Shown here piece after piece: positions 28,194-40,256 of a stretch of DNA of 64,000 nucleotides. Where the stretch lies: NCBI GenBank assembly GCA_002633005.1, contig NMRA01000051.1, forward strand, positions 1,208,761 through 1,272,760, given 5' to 3'. The notes below the pieces were generated by a model. That model searched no databases. It had not been told where the DNA came from and saw only the letters and a program-made list of their open reading frames with translations. Both the position numbers and the translations under genes were made by a program. Source of the DNA: Phoronis australis (Eukaryota; Animalia; Phoronida). The first letter of the stretch is position 1, and each line of letters starts with the position of its first letter.

Positions 28194-28205
28194 AATAAAT
28201 TTATT
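28194..28205. terminator. Back-to-back polyadenylation signals AATAAA (+) / AATAAA (-)
   Basis: Palindrome aataaatttatt between the convergent LRRC27 and orphan gene ends; another + strand AATAAA at 27962. Confidence 0.4.
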
Positions 28206-28394
28206 GATATAACTATCCCTGTTCTGGCTATTATGAGTTAAAGGGATAGCAAACCATGTTTTGTTCATAAACTTCCGTTAGATCACATGTTGAATCCTTG
28301 AAACCAAATAATAGGCTGCAAGTCTCAACTCTGGAAAGTTTGAACTTACGGGTAATAGTTTTAAAATTTAACATCAGCAAGCGTTACTAACGCT

Positions 28395-31300
28395 TTAGGC
28401 GAAGACTGTGAGAGACAGTGCCATTCGAACCCTGTCCAAGAAGTGAACTTTGGAGTTAAGACCATTTACTGCTATAAAATTGGATTCAACTTGTTTCTGG
28501 GACGAGATTTCCGAATTTGCAAGAAACTGACCGTTAGACATTCCTGGAGACCTTGCTCGCGCATAAAATGACATGTCCCGTGACAAGCTGACTTGTAGAG
28601 CGTGGTCTCGAAGTTATGAAATCGCATCTAATTAGAATAAGTAACAATTTGATACCAATTGCGCTGACTAAATCAAAAGGCCAGTTTATAGCCCCTAGAT
28701 CTCGCCTCTCGTGAGAAATGCCAATTACACAATTTTTTTTTTCAAATCACCCAAGGACGGCGTTTAGGATCTTCCATGAAAGCTAAAACCACGTTAGAAT
28801 TGTAGCAACGCAGAAAGCAGCAATGCATTCAATGTTCGGGGGGGGGGCTGACGGGACTTCGCCCCAGTGTGAGATGACACCATTGACGCCTGCTTCGTCA
28901 GGGAAGAATTGTTGGTAAACGGTAAACTTGTGAAATGGATTATACTGCAAACCATTTTGTAATTTGTTTCGACATTGTATGTATTAAGTGGAGTCTAAAT
29001 GGTTGCAGGACAATGCTTTCGCTTACTCCAAAAAGTCTCACTAAAAATTTTCATTCGATTGGCGTGTTAGTTATCAGGCGAGTTACTTGAAACATGAAAT
29101 TGACCAGTTACTCTGAATGATGTTTATAAATTCGGCAAATTATTCCTGCCGTTCGCAAAAATTAGAAACCACTGTAGGCTATATCCAGAACAGAATTTTG
29201 AACTACGATTATGGTCAATTGTCACTCACTGTCGTTTACATTTTTTGAAACTGATGACAACATTTTACAGTCTCGAGAGTTGTTGTTAAACTGTCAATTT
29301 TATGTAAACCCGTCTGATGAGAACAAGTCTCAGAGACGTAGTCATCTTTAGGGTCCCAATATGAGAAGGTGCTTAAAACAATTTCGAACTTGACCAGGCA
29401 AATAGGTGACACGTATTTAGCAACATTTTGGTGTATCAGTGACTAGTCGTTATAAACAATTTTAAGTCACAGATTCGTGTCCAGAACTTCCCCATGCACT
29501 TTATACGCGAAGGTGTTAAAAGAAAATGTCATTTGGCTTGAAGCACTTTATTTATAATGTATAGGGTATATAGCAGTACAAATTCTGAGAGAAAGATACT
29601 TGTAACTTCTTTCAAATATAAATGCCCTCATTTACTCGATGTAAGATTAAAATGCATCAAACATGGGGTTGTTTAGAGCTATAAGGACACCTCTTTAGCA
29701 ATATAAAAATGATTTAAAATAAAAAAAAATCACAAATGAATAAATTTAAAAACATCACAAGCCAACGGCCTTTTACTCTCTTTTTTCGTGCTGCGAATGA
29801 GCCACTTAAAATCTGGAAAACGTGTTTCAGTTTGTAAGGTAATAAAATTCTAAATTACGCAATTCACAAGTCTTCTAAAGGGACTGGTCTCGTGAGTTTG
29901 AACGAAGTCACAGTTTGAACGAAGTCACAGTTTGAACGAAGTCACACGTATGTTTCGCTGCTTACGTCAGGGGAACTTCTTCGTTACAAAACGACCCTGA
30001 AATTGAGAAACGAAAGTGTTCAAAGCACACGCAACCACTGTCACGCAATAGCAAATCGCGTTGACGATGTCTAATTCCGTTTCATTTCAATTGAATTTAA
30101 GGTCAAAAAGCATAGTTGTCTCTGGTCTGTTTTTTTTTTTGAAAATCAGGTAGTGGTACGGTTTTTTTTTACTTCTATTTTTTCAAAAAATAAAATCCAT
30201 CTGAGATAAACAAAATGATGCAGGATTATGAAGTTTTAAACATAGCTTACATGCCGACGTGTGAGCGTGCGTTTTTTGTTTTTTTTTAGTGAGCGTCGGG
30301 GTAACGATCAGAACCAACTAATACTTTTGTAGCCAAATATTTTGCTTTGTTTCCTTCGTAGGGAACGTTTCATCGTTCGGAAAATACACATAAACATTTA
30401 AGTTAGCCTATAGTGCATTCGCGTTTTTACACCATAATATTATCTAAGTTTATGGAAACAGAAATTCGATGTTATTTTGGCGGCCACGTTGTTGGTGCCT
30501 CGTCAGAAACTGAATAAATCGACTTTTCGATTCTCTTCAAGCGTAAAAATAATTTGCCTATCTGAGTAAGGACCAAGGCAGTGACTTATCAACACTTGGT
30601 TGTGACAGAAGGCTCGAGTATATTGGTAATCACTAGTCACTTACCACATCGTCGTTTTCCTTCTGGTGCCGACAAAAGCAATTCAAACTTTACCCACCAG
30701 GTCAAGCAGAAGTAGTGAGTGGTCGAAAGCCTGTTCCAGGGCGTTACTGTGGTCCTCAAGGAGAGCCGAAGTCATCCACGAATCTCCGGCAGGCAAATCC
30801 CAGCCATCACTGGATTCCGTGCCCGTATCGCTTGATACTAAAATACGAAACAACTGAAGTTACAAAATGCATTTGAAATTATTAATTCAATGATGTAGTA
30901 CTCTCTGAGTAGACGCCTACCGGTGTGTAAAATCACGGGCTACTAAACATTTCTCTTTGTTCATTCAGACACAGAATTTAATGGCTTCGCAAAGTGAAAG
31001 GTTTTGTGCGAGACAAACATTGTCTATAAATACACTCAGATATGTGTATTCTTTTCAGCCAAACCAAACGTGATTTTTCCACCTGAAAGTTTTATCCAAA
31101 CAGCCTCGAGTTTGGAAAATGCGCATCACTTATTTTGTAAGCTCCGGCGCAAATGCCGAGACTAATTTTGTATTGTGAAGTAGTATCAATCAAAAGTTAG
31201 CGGTTTTTTCGACGGACGTGGGTTTATTGCCGCTTTTAAGTATTTATAAAAAATACGCCCTTGTCTAATATCCAGACATTTCCGGTACTTGTGTAAATTT

Positions 31301-33732
31301 TACAGTAACTTCTAAATATATTTGTTCCTCGGTTAGAAACAAAACGACTTCAACATTTGTAAAGCGTCACCATTATTTGAATAAAGTAAGAATTCATATT
31401 CTCGTTTACCAGTCTCGTTAAATGTGGTTTCAGAATCCCAGTGGCATTTGTCACCACCTTCCTCCAGCAGGAACTCGACTGATGCTATAACGTGCGACAT
31501 TTCACACGGAGCTTCGTTCTCGGATGCGTCACTTGAAGACGCACTGACGTCAGTATCACAATCAGTACAATCACACGAATCTGCAAAGTAAAGTAAAAAA
31601 AACGGGATCGTTTTAGAAAAACGTGGCTATGAGTCAATTCACCAACAAGTCACAGGGGCTCAAAACTATGGGTCACGTTAGTCAAATCTTTGCCCTTTTT
31701 CGATTCTATTTTTGGGGGTTTTGTGAGCGTGATTTCAATTTTACCAAGCACATAAATCCAGTTTTGATTTGTATTTTCGCTATATGCTAGACCCCATATT
31801 GCTAAAATTGTAATTTTGATCAAATGATCTACATTGTAGTTTTATTAGATTCTGAATGTGTGTATTGTTCAAGACAAAATCAGGCGAACTTGTAATGGTT
31901 TTAGTGAGCGTGTTGGTCCATCATAGTTCGCCAATGAAAATTTTACGCGCTAGTGACGCAGTGCGCGCTCCTAAAATCATCTTTGAGAAATATTTAAAAT
32001 TTTCACACGAGATTTTATACATGAGTATTTTGGCTGATATGGTGCTACGCCGTGCTTGAACATTTCTGAGCCATATTTAAAATATTGGTTAGGCTGAGGG
32101 CTGTGCTAGACTATTCAGTGGCGGATTCGGGAGGGGGGCAAGGGGGCCATGCCTCCCCCCTAAAATTCTCCCAGATTCCATTTGGCAGTTCGGAGCGCGA
32201 ATTGCTGACTGGGGGGGGGGGCTCGAATGCACAATGCATAGGCCTTGAACAAACTCCGTTTTTTAGTAATAAGGTCCACAAACCCAAAAAAATTCAAGAC
32301 CCCCTACATCCTGGCATAAGGCGAAATTCTGGTTATTCCTGGTCCCCGGCCCCCCTAACTGAAAATCCTGAATCCGCCCCTGTTACTATCAATCATAGAC
32401 ATTTCTTAGCGGCTCAAAGGACGTCGAAGTTCCCGACGTGCCTCTTCACTTTCAATATACTCCTACGCGTCCAGGTTTCCAACTGCTTCAGATAAACGAG
32501 ACCGCGCGATAGGTCAAGTTAGGCGAAAAGCTTACTATTTGTAAATCGCGTGCTGTTGATCTAAATAGTTACTATTTGTAAATATCACTAATCTAGTAAA
32601 AGAACAAATTCTAAATAATGGGATACGTATTTATATATAAGTTAAATTTTAACTTATGTATTACTGATATCAAGAAATTGAATAAATTTAAAAACGATAC
32701 CCCAAATTTGTGAATTCTGGTGTTTTTGTGTCATTTTGCCCAGGTAAAACATTGCATAAAAACTGTCTTTTTCTGGCAAATGGCAATGGCTCGACATTTG
32801 ACACCGCAGTTGCACCAGCAAGCGATCGAGAATAAAAACTTGCAATTTCCCTACCCATTGATTACAACGTCCAGTCATTCTCGTGGATTTACGTTCGAAA
32901 TTTCCCACGCAGTTTTAACGTCCAATCACCACGACATTGACATCAACATTATTTGTTGGTCCAAGACAAGCTTTGAAATACGGGCCGGGGATTAACCCGC
33001 TGTTACGTCAGATTGGTGCCAATCTTTAGAAACACAACAATGCAGCGTCCATGATGTCTGTGGCAATGTGTCAGTGACGCGGTAACAGTAGTTTGCGTTT
33101 TGACTCCTGGTGCGTATTTTACTTGCCTGTCACTCAGTAAACACGTACCTGATATAGATACCATTTCACCTGCAGTTGGTGAGTTGTGGCTGCGAGTGCG
33201 AACTACTAATAACTACGTCAGGGGAAATCAAAACGATAATACTTCACCCTTAATTTTGTTTCAAAAAGCGAACTGCAATGTAAACCAGTTCAAACTGTTA
33301 TTTACAAAATGTTTCTTTCTCTCTTGTGGATCTGGTGATATTTTTTAGGAAGCAAACCTGTTCCATGTCATAAATCTGTAAATAAAATCAAATCGGTTTT
33401 TAGAAGCAACAATTGCTTAAGTAGACTCCAAATGCCTTTACATAATGTATGAAAGAATAGTTTATGCTAGTACAATCAATTCAATTATTGCATGAAGGTT
33501 TGTCCTCCAATTTGAGACAAACGCAGGCCTACTTACCAATAAGGGCGAATAGCTCCACCGACAGGTGATCCATAGCAGTTTGGAGCTCAGCACAAGAATC
33601 TGATTTGTGAAAACCTTCTCCTTCTGAACTGGTGCTTAGTACGGGCTCGTCGCTAATTTTTTTCAATATTTTCTCATCGATATAGGACCCAGTAACCGAC
33701 ATATCTAACGATAATGGAGAGAAGTTGTCCAT
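28395..33732 (-). CDS. Uncharacterised acidic, Ser-rich protein (~170-240 aa), 3-4 coding exons
   Basis: Exon1 33732-33537 (MDNFSPLSLD...ELQTAMDHLSVELFALI, GTAAGT donor), exon2 31580-31410 (DSCDCTDCD...TTFNET), exon3 30837-30694 (VSSDTGTESS...ALEQAFDHSLLLLDLV); all phase 1, GT-AG, no stops. The 3' end is uncertain: either TGA at 30683-30685, or exon4 from 28606 or 28591 to TAA 28395 (...LDRVRMALSLTVFA*). Confidence 0.68.
29896..29946. repeat. 17-bp tandem repeat x3
   Basis: agtttgaacgaagtcac three times. Confidence 0.95.
32116..32382. mobile_element. hAT-like MITE
   Basis: TIRs cagtggcggattc / gaatccgcccctg; G/C-run subterminal regions; target duplication not convincing. Confidence 0.8.
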
Positions 33733-33808
33733 TTTCACAAAATACCTCTCAATCGATGGCGAGAGCCCGACCCTACTGTGTGTCTCAGCTCACAACACGA
33801 GTTACCCT

Positions 33809-33929
33809 TTCAAATTCCCGCCATCTGCTGTCCTGGGGATTTACGATTGGCTCAAAATGGTGGGCGTGTCGATAAAATAACGACACGGATTCTGATTGGC
33901 TAACGTTGTCTGTCACTTAATATCACGTG
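33809..33929 (-). promoter_or_regulatory. Promoter of orphan gene: E2F/CDE-CHR tandem, two CCAAT boxes, GC box, E-box
   Basis: Minus strand GGCGGGAA-TTTGAA (33822-33809); AGCCAATC at ~33846-33850 and ~33895-33899; gggcgt ~33862; CACGTG 33924-33929; 77-200 nt upstream of the ATG. Confidence 0.65.
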
Positions 33930-34938
33930 GGAATGTCAGTGGACGATGTATTGCAAAGTAGCCAACAGAGAGCACTTTCTCCGGCATTTTCCCCCGTGTC
34001 ATAACAGTGACCATTACTCAGGTGTGAAGATGCAATAGCCATGAATCGGGACTACCAAGCAAGAACCGAAAAGCCCTACGTAAATCCCTCTTGGAACGCA
34101 AGGCTATCACTCATTTTAAATATTAAAACAAATAAAAATAAATAAATGCATAAAAAATACGTCGTCACAAAACTGCGCATTTTCAACTTTTTTAACTTTT
34201 TTGCGAATTGGCAACACGGAGGTGAAAGCTTTCGTCGCATCATGCGCGCACTCAGCCTAAAAATGGGGTCTGAAATTTTTGAGGATGTGGACCCTTTACT
34301 AAGATTCAATGTGTACGTTCAGAGCTATGACTTGTACATTCGCCGCATTTTGGTTACAGGTATTTCCTGCCTTTTTAGTGGACTTTTATCTCATTTTTTA
34401 CTTTTTTTCTGAGTTTTTGTTTCTCTGAGGTGGCCCTTTTTGCCCACTTCACCAAACTGGGGGATCTCGTTCGAGCACCCGAGCCCACCTGGGTGCGCGC
34501 ATGCGCAAAGCAGTAACGTAAATTTGTGCCCTCTGTTTTTAGCCAGTCTCAGTCAGAACCAACTTTAAACAAAATCGAGTGATTTTTTACCTTCTTTCAC
34601 ATACGGAGTGCTGATTAGTTCAAACGGAAATAGTACACTTCAAACTGCATTTAATCAAGTTAGCGGCGTTGAAGCAATCATTGAACTCTTTCCAATCCTT
34701 GGTTGTATCATATTCATATGGCATTAAAAACACGAAAAACAAAGGTTTCCACCTCTAAACATGCAATGAACCAAAGCAGTGGTTTTCAAAGATAACAATC
34801 AGTCAGTTTAAACTGATTTTTTAAGTTACACAAACTAATTCAGTTTTGGATCTTTTTTCTGAAATCTCTCGTTAACGCCATATCTCAGTGAATCAATTCC
34901 CCAACGAATAGAGAAATTCCGCCAAAAAGAATATAGTA

Positions 34939-35186
34939 CAGGGCTTGAAATTTTCCTCTTTCAAGAGGATTTCCTCTTTTTTCGTTTTGATTTCCTCTTA
35001 CTTGATTCCCAGTTTCCTCTTTTTGTCTCTTTTTATCATTATTTTGACTTTATTCATGCAAAAATATTTATTTCACTTAAATTTTACAACACAAAAATAT
35101 TTTTATCCCACAACCCTATTTATTTGTGGAACGATACATCGCCTGGAAAAATTCCTCTTCTTTGCCATTGGTCATTCCAAACCCTG
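34939..35186. mobile_element. Non-autonomous hAT-like element with 6-bp TSD
   Basis: TIRs cagggcttgaaat / attccaaaccctg; flanks ATAGTA (34933-38, 35187-92); subterminal ttcctct repeats; same termini as 55043-56627. Confidence 0.85.
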
Positions 35187-35797
35187 ATAGTAAAAGCTGC
35201 AGTAATTCCGTTATTTCTTTGTTCCTGTACCGACTCTTTTGCTCCATCAGTCACAGACATTCTTATAAACCCGTAGAGTAGTTGATAAAAAACATGCCAT
35301 TACTGGATGACGTGGCAGTAACGCTTCTGAAGTGTAATAACACATTATTCACTTCTTAATACTAATTTTATTTTTATTCTGTTTATTTAACTCTCGCAAG
35401 TATAGAAAATACAAGAAAAAATACCAGTCAAATGAAAATAAGTAAAAGTACAAGTGAGAAACATGGATAGCACAAAAGTCAGAAACTTATTTCCATTCGA
35501 AAAGATTACATAGAAATAAATGAAAACGTAAAGATATGAACCACAGGAACAAAGTACTAAAAAATATAAGTGCACAAATGGTAATTATGACCAAAGGTAT
35601 ATGACATAATATAGAAAATCAAAACAAAAATCAATAAAAAAACTCATTGCCCTCGGTATGAGACAATTTATTCAACAAACAGCGTTAAACGTTTAAAATA
35701 AAGAAGTGACTGATCGTCTTTACTGTGGTCAGGAAATGACTTCCTTCCAGCGCTGGGAAAAGTAATTTAGTAATGAAACTATAAAATCGGTCGATAG

Positions 35798-35939
35798 CAT
35801 GGGCGGCGCACCATAGAGGGCTGGAGGGCTATAGCCCCACTTTTTTCAGTGCTACGCCGCACATGATCTATAGGCGGTGCATCACAGGGGGGCTGAAGTG
35901 GCTTTAGCTCCCACTTTTTTCAGTGCTGCGCCACCCATG
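35798..35939. mobile_element. Dimeric ~140-bp MITE with 5-bp TSD
   Basis: TIRs catgggcggcgca / tgcgccacccatg; GATAG on both sides; two ~70-bp internal units; related copy at 63703-63834. Confidence 0.8.
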
Positions 35940-37917
35940 GATAGTTAAGATGTGAGAGCATATTTAAATGATCACGAAGTAACCCTCTATACCAAACTTA
36001 AACACAGTTGGTCGGGTCCGCCCCAAGAGTAACGACAAAGTGTTACATCACTTGATATTTTAAAATTAGCAAATAGCAAATAGGAGGTCGAAAAGTAGAA
36101 ACCCATGCTTTGAATTAATTTTACATTAAATAGTAAAAATAGTTACAACAGTTATCAGACGTTAGAATGTCTCCATGGCAACAATGAAGTAACATGGCCG
36201 CCAAGCCGTAGATTTATAGTAATCACATACCGGATGATGGTGAAAAGGAAATATATTTAAAATAACACCAACTGGGTTCAACACCTTCACGTGTCGTTAT
36301 AACTGCCTAAACAGTCATAATGACGGACTAAAAAATAAAAATTTCAGTACTTCAGTAACAGCAAAGTTAATTCATTTAATTTGGAAGACGGATCTCTTCG
36401 AAGGTTTTTAGATGTAATTGGTCAAAACAGTCAAAATGACGACAATTCTTTGAAAAACATTAAATAAAAGCTGAACTTCTGTACTTCAGCAACAGTACGT
36501 CTGTTTTGAGTTTGGTGTTGTATTCGGAATACACGTAATGGCAACCACTTGGACTCAATGTAAAAATACTTCGATGGCTGTTAGGTTTCAGACGATACAT
36601 TTGATCAGAATGCTCAAAAACTCAGTAATGTTTTTAGTGTGGTTGGATATAAAGTACCTGCTAGTTTGTGTTGAAGATCTTAGGTCTTAATATTGACAGC
36701 ATTTTCCTTCTTGGCTATATTCGATGACATCAATACACCAACTTGGGCACTTGGGGATTTAGCAAACGCACAGTACCCCCCAAAAACGCTCTTAATTTCA
36801 CACAAGTTCACTCACTTAGAACTTTTCAAATTAAGCTGACGTCATTGGTGACGCTTTGCAAATTCTAAGTAGCGGTGACGAGGTAATGTTTCTGAATCAG
36901 TAAAAAGTGTGCTTTTATAATCCTAGTATAATCCAAGAGAATGGCTTGCGAGCGACTGGGGATGCTTGAAGTCTTCTCAGGTCATATAGTCATAACAGGA
37001 ATCATTTAAGATCATCTATTAGCCCTTGTTTGTACACAATAGCTCGTAACGTTCTGTCCGCTACGATTAGCAACATTCCTGCTAATTCTGCCATTGTTAG
37101 TCAGCGATGTGTTACTAAGCGTCTATGGCTCAGCTAAATCCTCGCCTGTCGCACAGCGGGCGCGGGAATCAGCTATTCAGATGGTCGGCGATTCAATAGA
37201 TTGCCGCACCGATGGCGTTGTCGGCGAGAAACATTCCATTTTCCACGCCTTTTAATCCCAACCACGGTTGACCCTTCAGTAAACCCCAGTCCCATTCCAC
37301 CAGACCCCCGTCACTTAACTCCACACACTGACGAAAAATAAACATAAAACGCTTTGTCCCGGAGACCAAACACGCGGAGTCCCGGGAACCATCTTCCCGA
37401 CCTCAGTGAAAATCCAAACCTGTCAGAAACACCTAGGACTATAATATTACTCCCAGGAAACACCTAGCTGGACCCAACCTGGCTGTCATATTCTTTAATT
37501 GTTATGGACAAAAAAGCCCGTACGTTACAATATACTCAAACCTGATGGAAGCACCAGCAAACGTGCCCTGAGTTCAGTTACGCTAGGACTTCGTTGAAAA
37601 GCAAGACTTCGCAAGATTACGTGAGAAGTTGCCATGTATTTTAAATGAGAACGCTTGATTTTGGTTAGATTTTTTTGTGAGGTCCTAGCATTACTGAACT
37701 CTACCCTGTTGAAGCGACATGTTAAAATTGGTCGTGGACAACACTGATGTATCAAAATGGCTCCCCAATACATCTGATCGTTGTTTTTCTTTTCTCTTTC
37801 ACAGGTACAGGCTACTACGAAAAAACAACCCATGACTGGAAATGCCTCTTTGTAAATAATTATTTAAAAATCTCCCCTTGGTTAAAACTTCATCTTCATA
37901 AATGATAAGAGGGAGCA

Positions 37918-40256
37918 CAGTGGCGGATCTACGTTTTCAGTAAGGGGGGTTAGGATTCCTGCAAAGGTCGAATCCGAAGCGCGTGGCACCGAGCGGGGGG
38001 TAAACCCCCCTCCCTGTATGACAATTTTTTATTTTTGTAGCCAAACAGTGAAATTTCCATGCATCCTGGTACGTTTTTGGCACTTAATATGTCCCTGGAG
38101 TTTTTGTTAAGCTAATTAAAACCCTTCTCGATTTCGTCACATGAACTTGGCTCATAAGTTTCGTGAAACCATATTTGTGCACATCTGGGTATGAGTCACA
38201 CAACCAGCAAAACATCTGCTTACACACACCTTTTTAGCATATGAAAAAGTGTGGTGTGTATACAGAGGCTTAGACATCTACCAAATATCCACTGTACACT
38301 GAGAGTACACAAAAACTCTGGCCTGGCCCGTCACGAGACCAAAAGTACACCTGTACTTATTATCCCTATGAAAATAGTCGATCTGTCGCGGGACCAAACA
38401 GTACTGGCTGAGATAAATAGTTTTACAAAGCACACTTTGGTAAAAAACATCGCAAGACTTATTCGCCGAGGGACCAGATAATACACTGAAACTCAATAGC
38501 TCCACAAATCAAGCTGGCCTGGTCCGTGGCGAGGCCTAAAGCGTACTTTGCAAAAAATTTTAAATTGAAAACTTCTCTCTAGACACTTTTTAATGTCCAG
38601 TGGTTGCTCATACGTGTAGTTTACACATCTGGTGGTCAACTGCTGCGAGAGGTTGTCTAGGAATGGTTTTCGCACCGTTCTGTAGTACTCACTGGAAGAA
38701 ACAAGTATTGAGTACAAATTCAACTACTCGCTACGTGAAATAGATTTTGGATATGAAGGGATAGACTCAAGTGAAAATACAGACCAGAATCAGTTTCTGT
38801 GCGCTCGTAGACCCTCTGCTGTACTGGGTAAATTTGGCATGTCCAAAAATAGTTTCTATTTCGTTTTCATTGTACACAGGCATAAAAAACCGACATTATT
38901 ACAAACTTGTAGATTTATAACTTATTACTGAGTGTTTCTTCAGGAACGTTGTTATCTTTCTGTTGTCTAGACTGCCGAGGAATCTGTACATCGGATCCAA
39001 TGGGTTGCTCCTCTTGGAGCCATTCTACCCAGACATCTTCGACGTTTGTTCCCAACACTTGCACTTCGTCAACTGCTGTGTCAATGAGCTTGTACGCCTC
39101 TACAATGTCAGCATCTCGTTTCGCAGCTCAGTTGGCACAAAGCCCCCCGAGGTTACCAAGTCCATTCAAAAGACTTACAGCATGCGGAACTAAATTTGAT
39201 CCCATCATGGACTACTTCAAACCTTGACGATGTATCCCAAGACCCATTTGCATCTCTGCAATTTTTGAAATAAACGTCCCAATGTCTGAACGCTTGAAAC
39301 CCGAAGTACTAACATCAAATACATGTCTATGGGCATGGGCGTTTCTTCGGGTGGGCATTTCTGCGGAAATTCCCAGTATAGAAAACGGCAGTGGTGCTTA
39401 TTGCAGATAGAAAGACGGTAGGTGTTGAGATCGGCACTACAGCTCCTTAGGAGGCCTATTGAACATCTCACGAGTCACACAAGACTTAATTGTGAAAATA
39501 CAGCCTCCCCGCAATTTTTGGTACTGTACACTGTTCGCGAATGCGGTCACTTTGTCAATGTGAGTGCCCCCTTGGTCATTCCTTGTATAGACATAACTTG
39601 TTAGAGTGCATCTTCAAACAGACTCCTCGCGACCAGACCACGGCGTCCGCCACGTGACAATAGCAGTTCTTCGGAAAACGATTTTTTTTTCAAAAGTATC
39701 ACATGTACATGTACACTGTACGATATTGCGCAAGACAACTTTACTATACACCAGTCAAATTCGAGTTACAAACGTGTGGGGTGTAATAGAATGACACGGA
39801 ATGACAGATGAGGTAAAAACGCTGCACGTCAATTCGGCCTGAATATCTGGGTTGCGGTACCACAGTATTTCCCCTAATCAAATCAAAACATATCTTAGAG
39901 TAAAGAAACTATAGTTACCCAAAGAAATCAGCTAAGGAGCTGTTCTTTCAGTGGTGGATCCATCTGAAATGCTCGGCTACTTCAGAAGTGTCGACGGAAG
40001 CGCGCGCACAATTGATCTCCGGGGTTTTGCGGCGATGAGCCACGAAGACTCGAAATGCGTTGATTTTCATAACAGCAATTCACAATGCAAAAAACTATAT
40101 TTTCAGAGTGAACCCCTCATTTTTTCTAAGTTGGTTTACTTGGGGTTTACACACGCTGTTGGTGCCGTTTTTGTTTTGCTGGAGACGTTTTTTTNNNNNN
40201 NNNNNNNNNNNNNNNNNNNNNNNNNNNNNNNCCCCCCCCCCGTAGATCCGCCACTG
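37918..40256 (-). mobile_element. Decayed hAT transposon with transposase remnants and 5-bp TSD
   Basis: Perfect 16-bp TIR cagtggcggatctacg; GAGCA on both flanks; minus-strand remnants DADIVEAYKLIDTAVDEVQ...IPRQSRQQKDNNVPEETL / SEYYRTVRKPFLDNLSQQL / ERSF resembling ZMYM1/THAP12-like hAT transposases. The right TIR sits next to an N gap. Confidence 0.8.
38500..39500 (-). pseudogene. hAT transposase pseudogene (C-terminal half)
   Basis: Motifs PR..RQ..NVP, EYYR...PFLD and ERSF, interrupted by stops and frameshifts. Confidence 0.75.

Noticed and set aside
29310-29345. Hammerhead-like CTGATGAG...
   Set aside because: The required GAAA core is absent (gagac); at best a decayed Penelope-type relic.
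36169-36182. Strong RFX X-box-like GTCTCCATGGCAAC
   Set aside because: Not near an identified TSS, and this motif often occurs in repeats.
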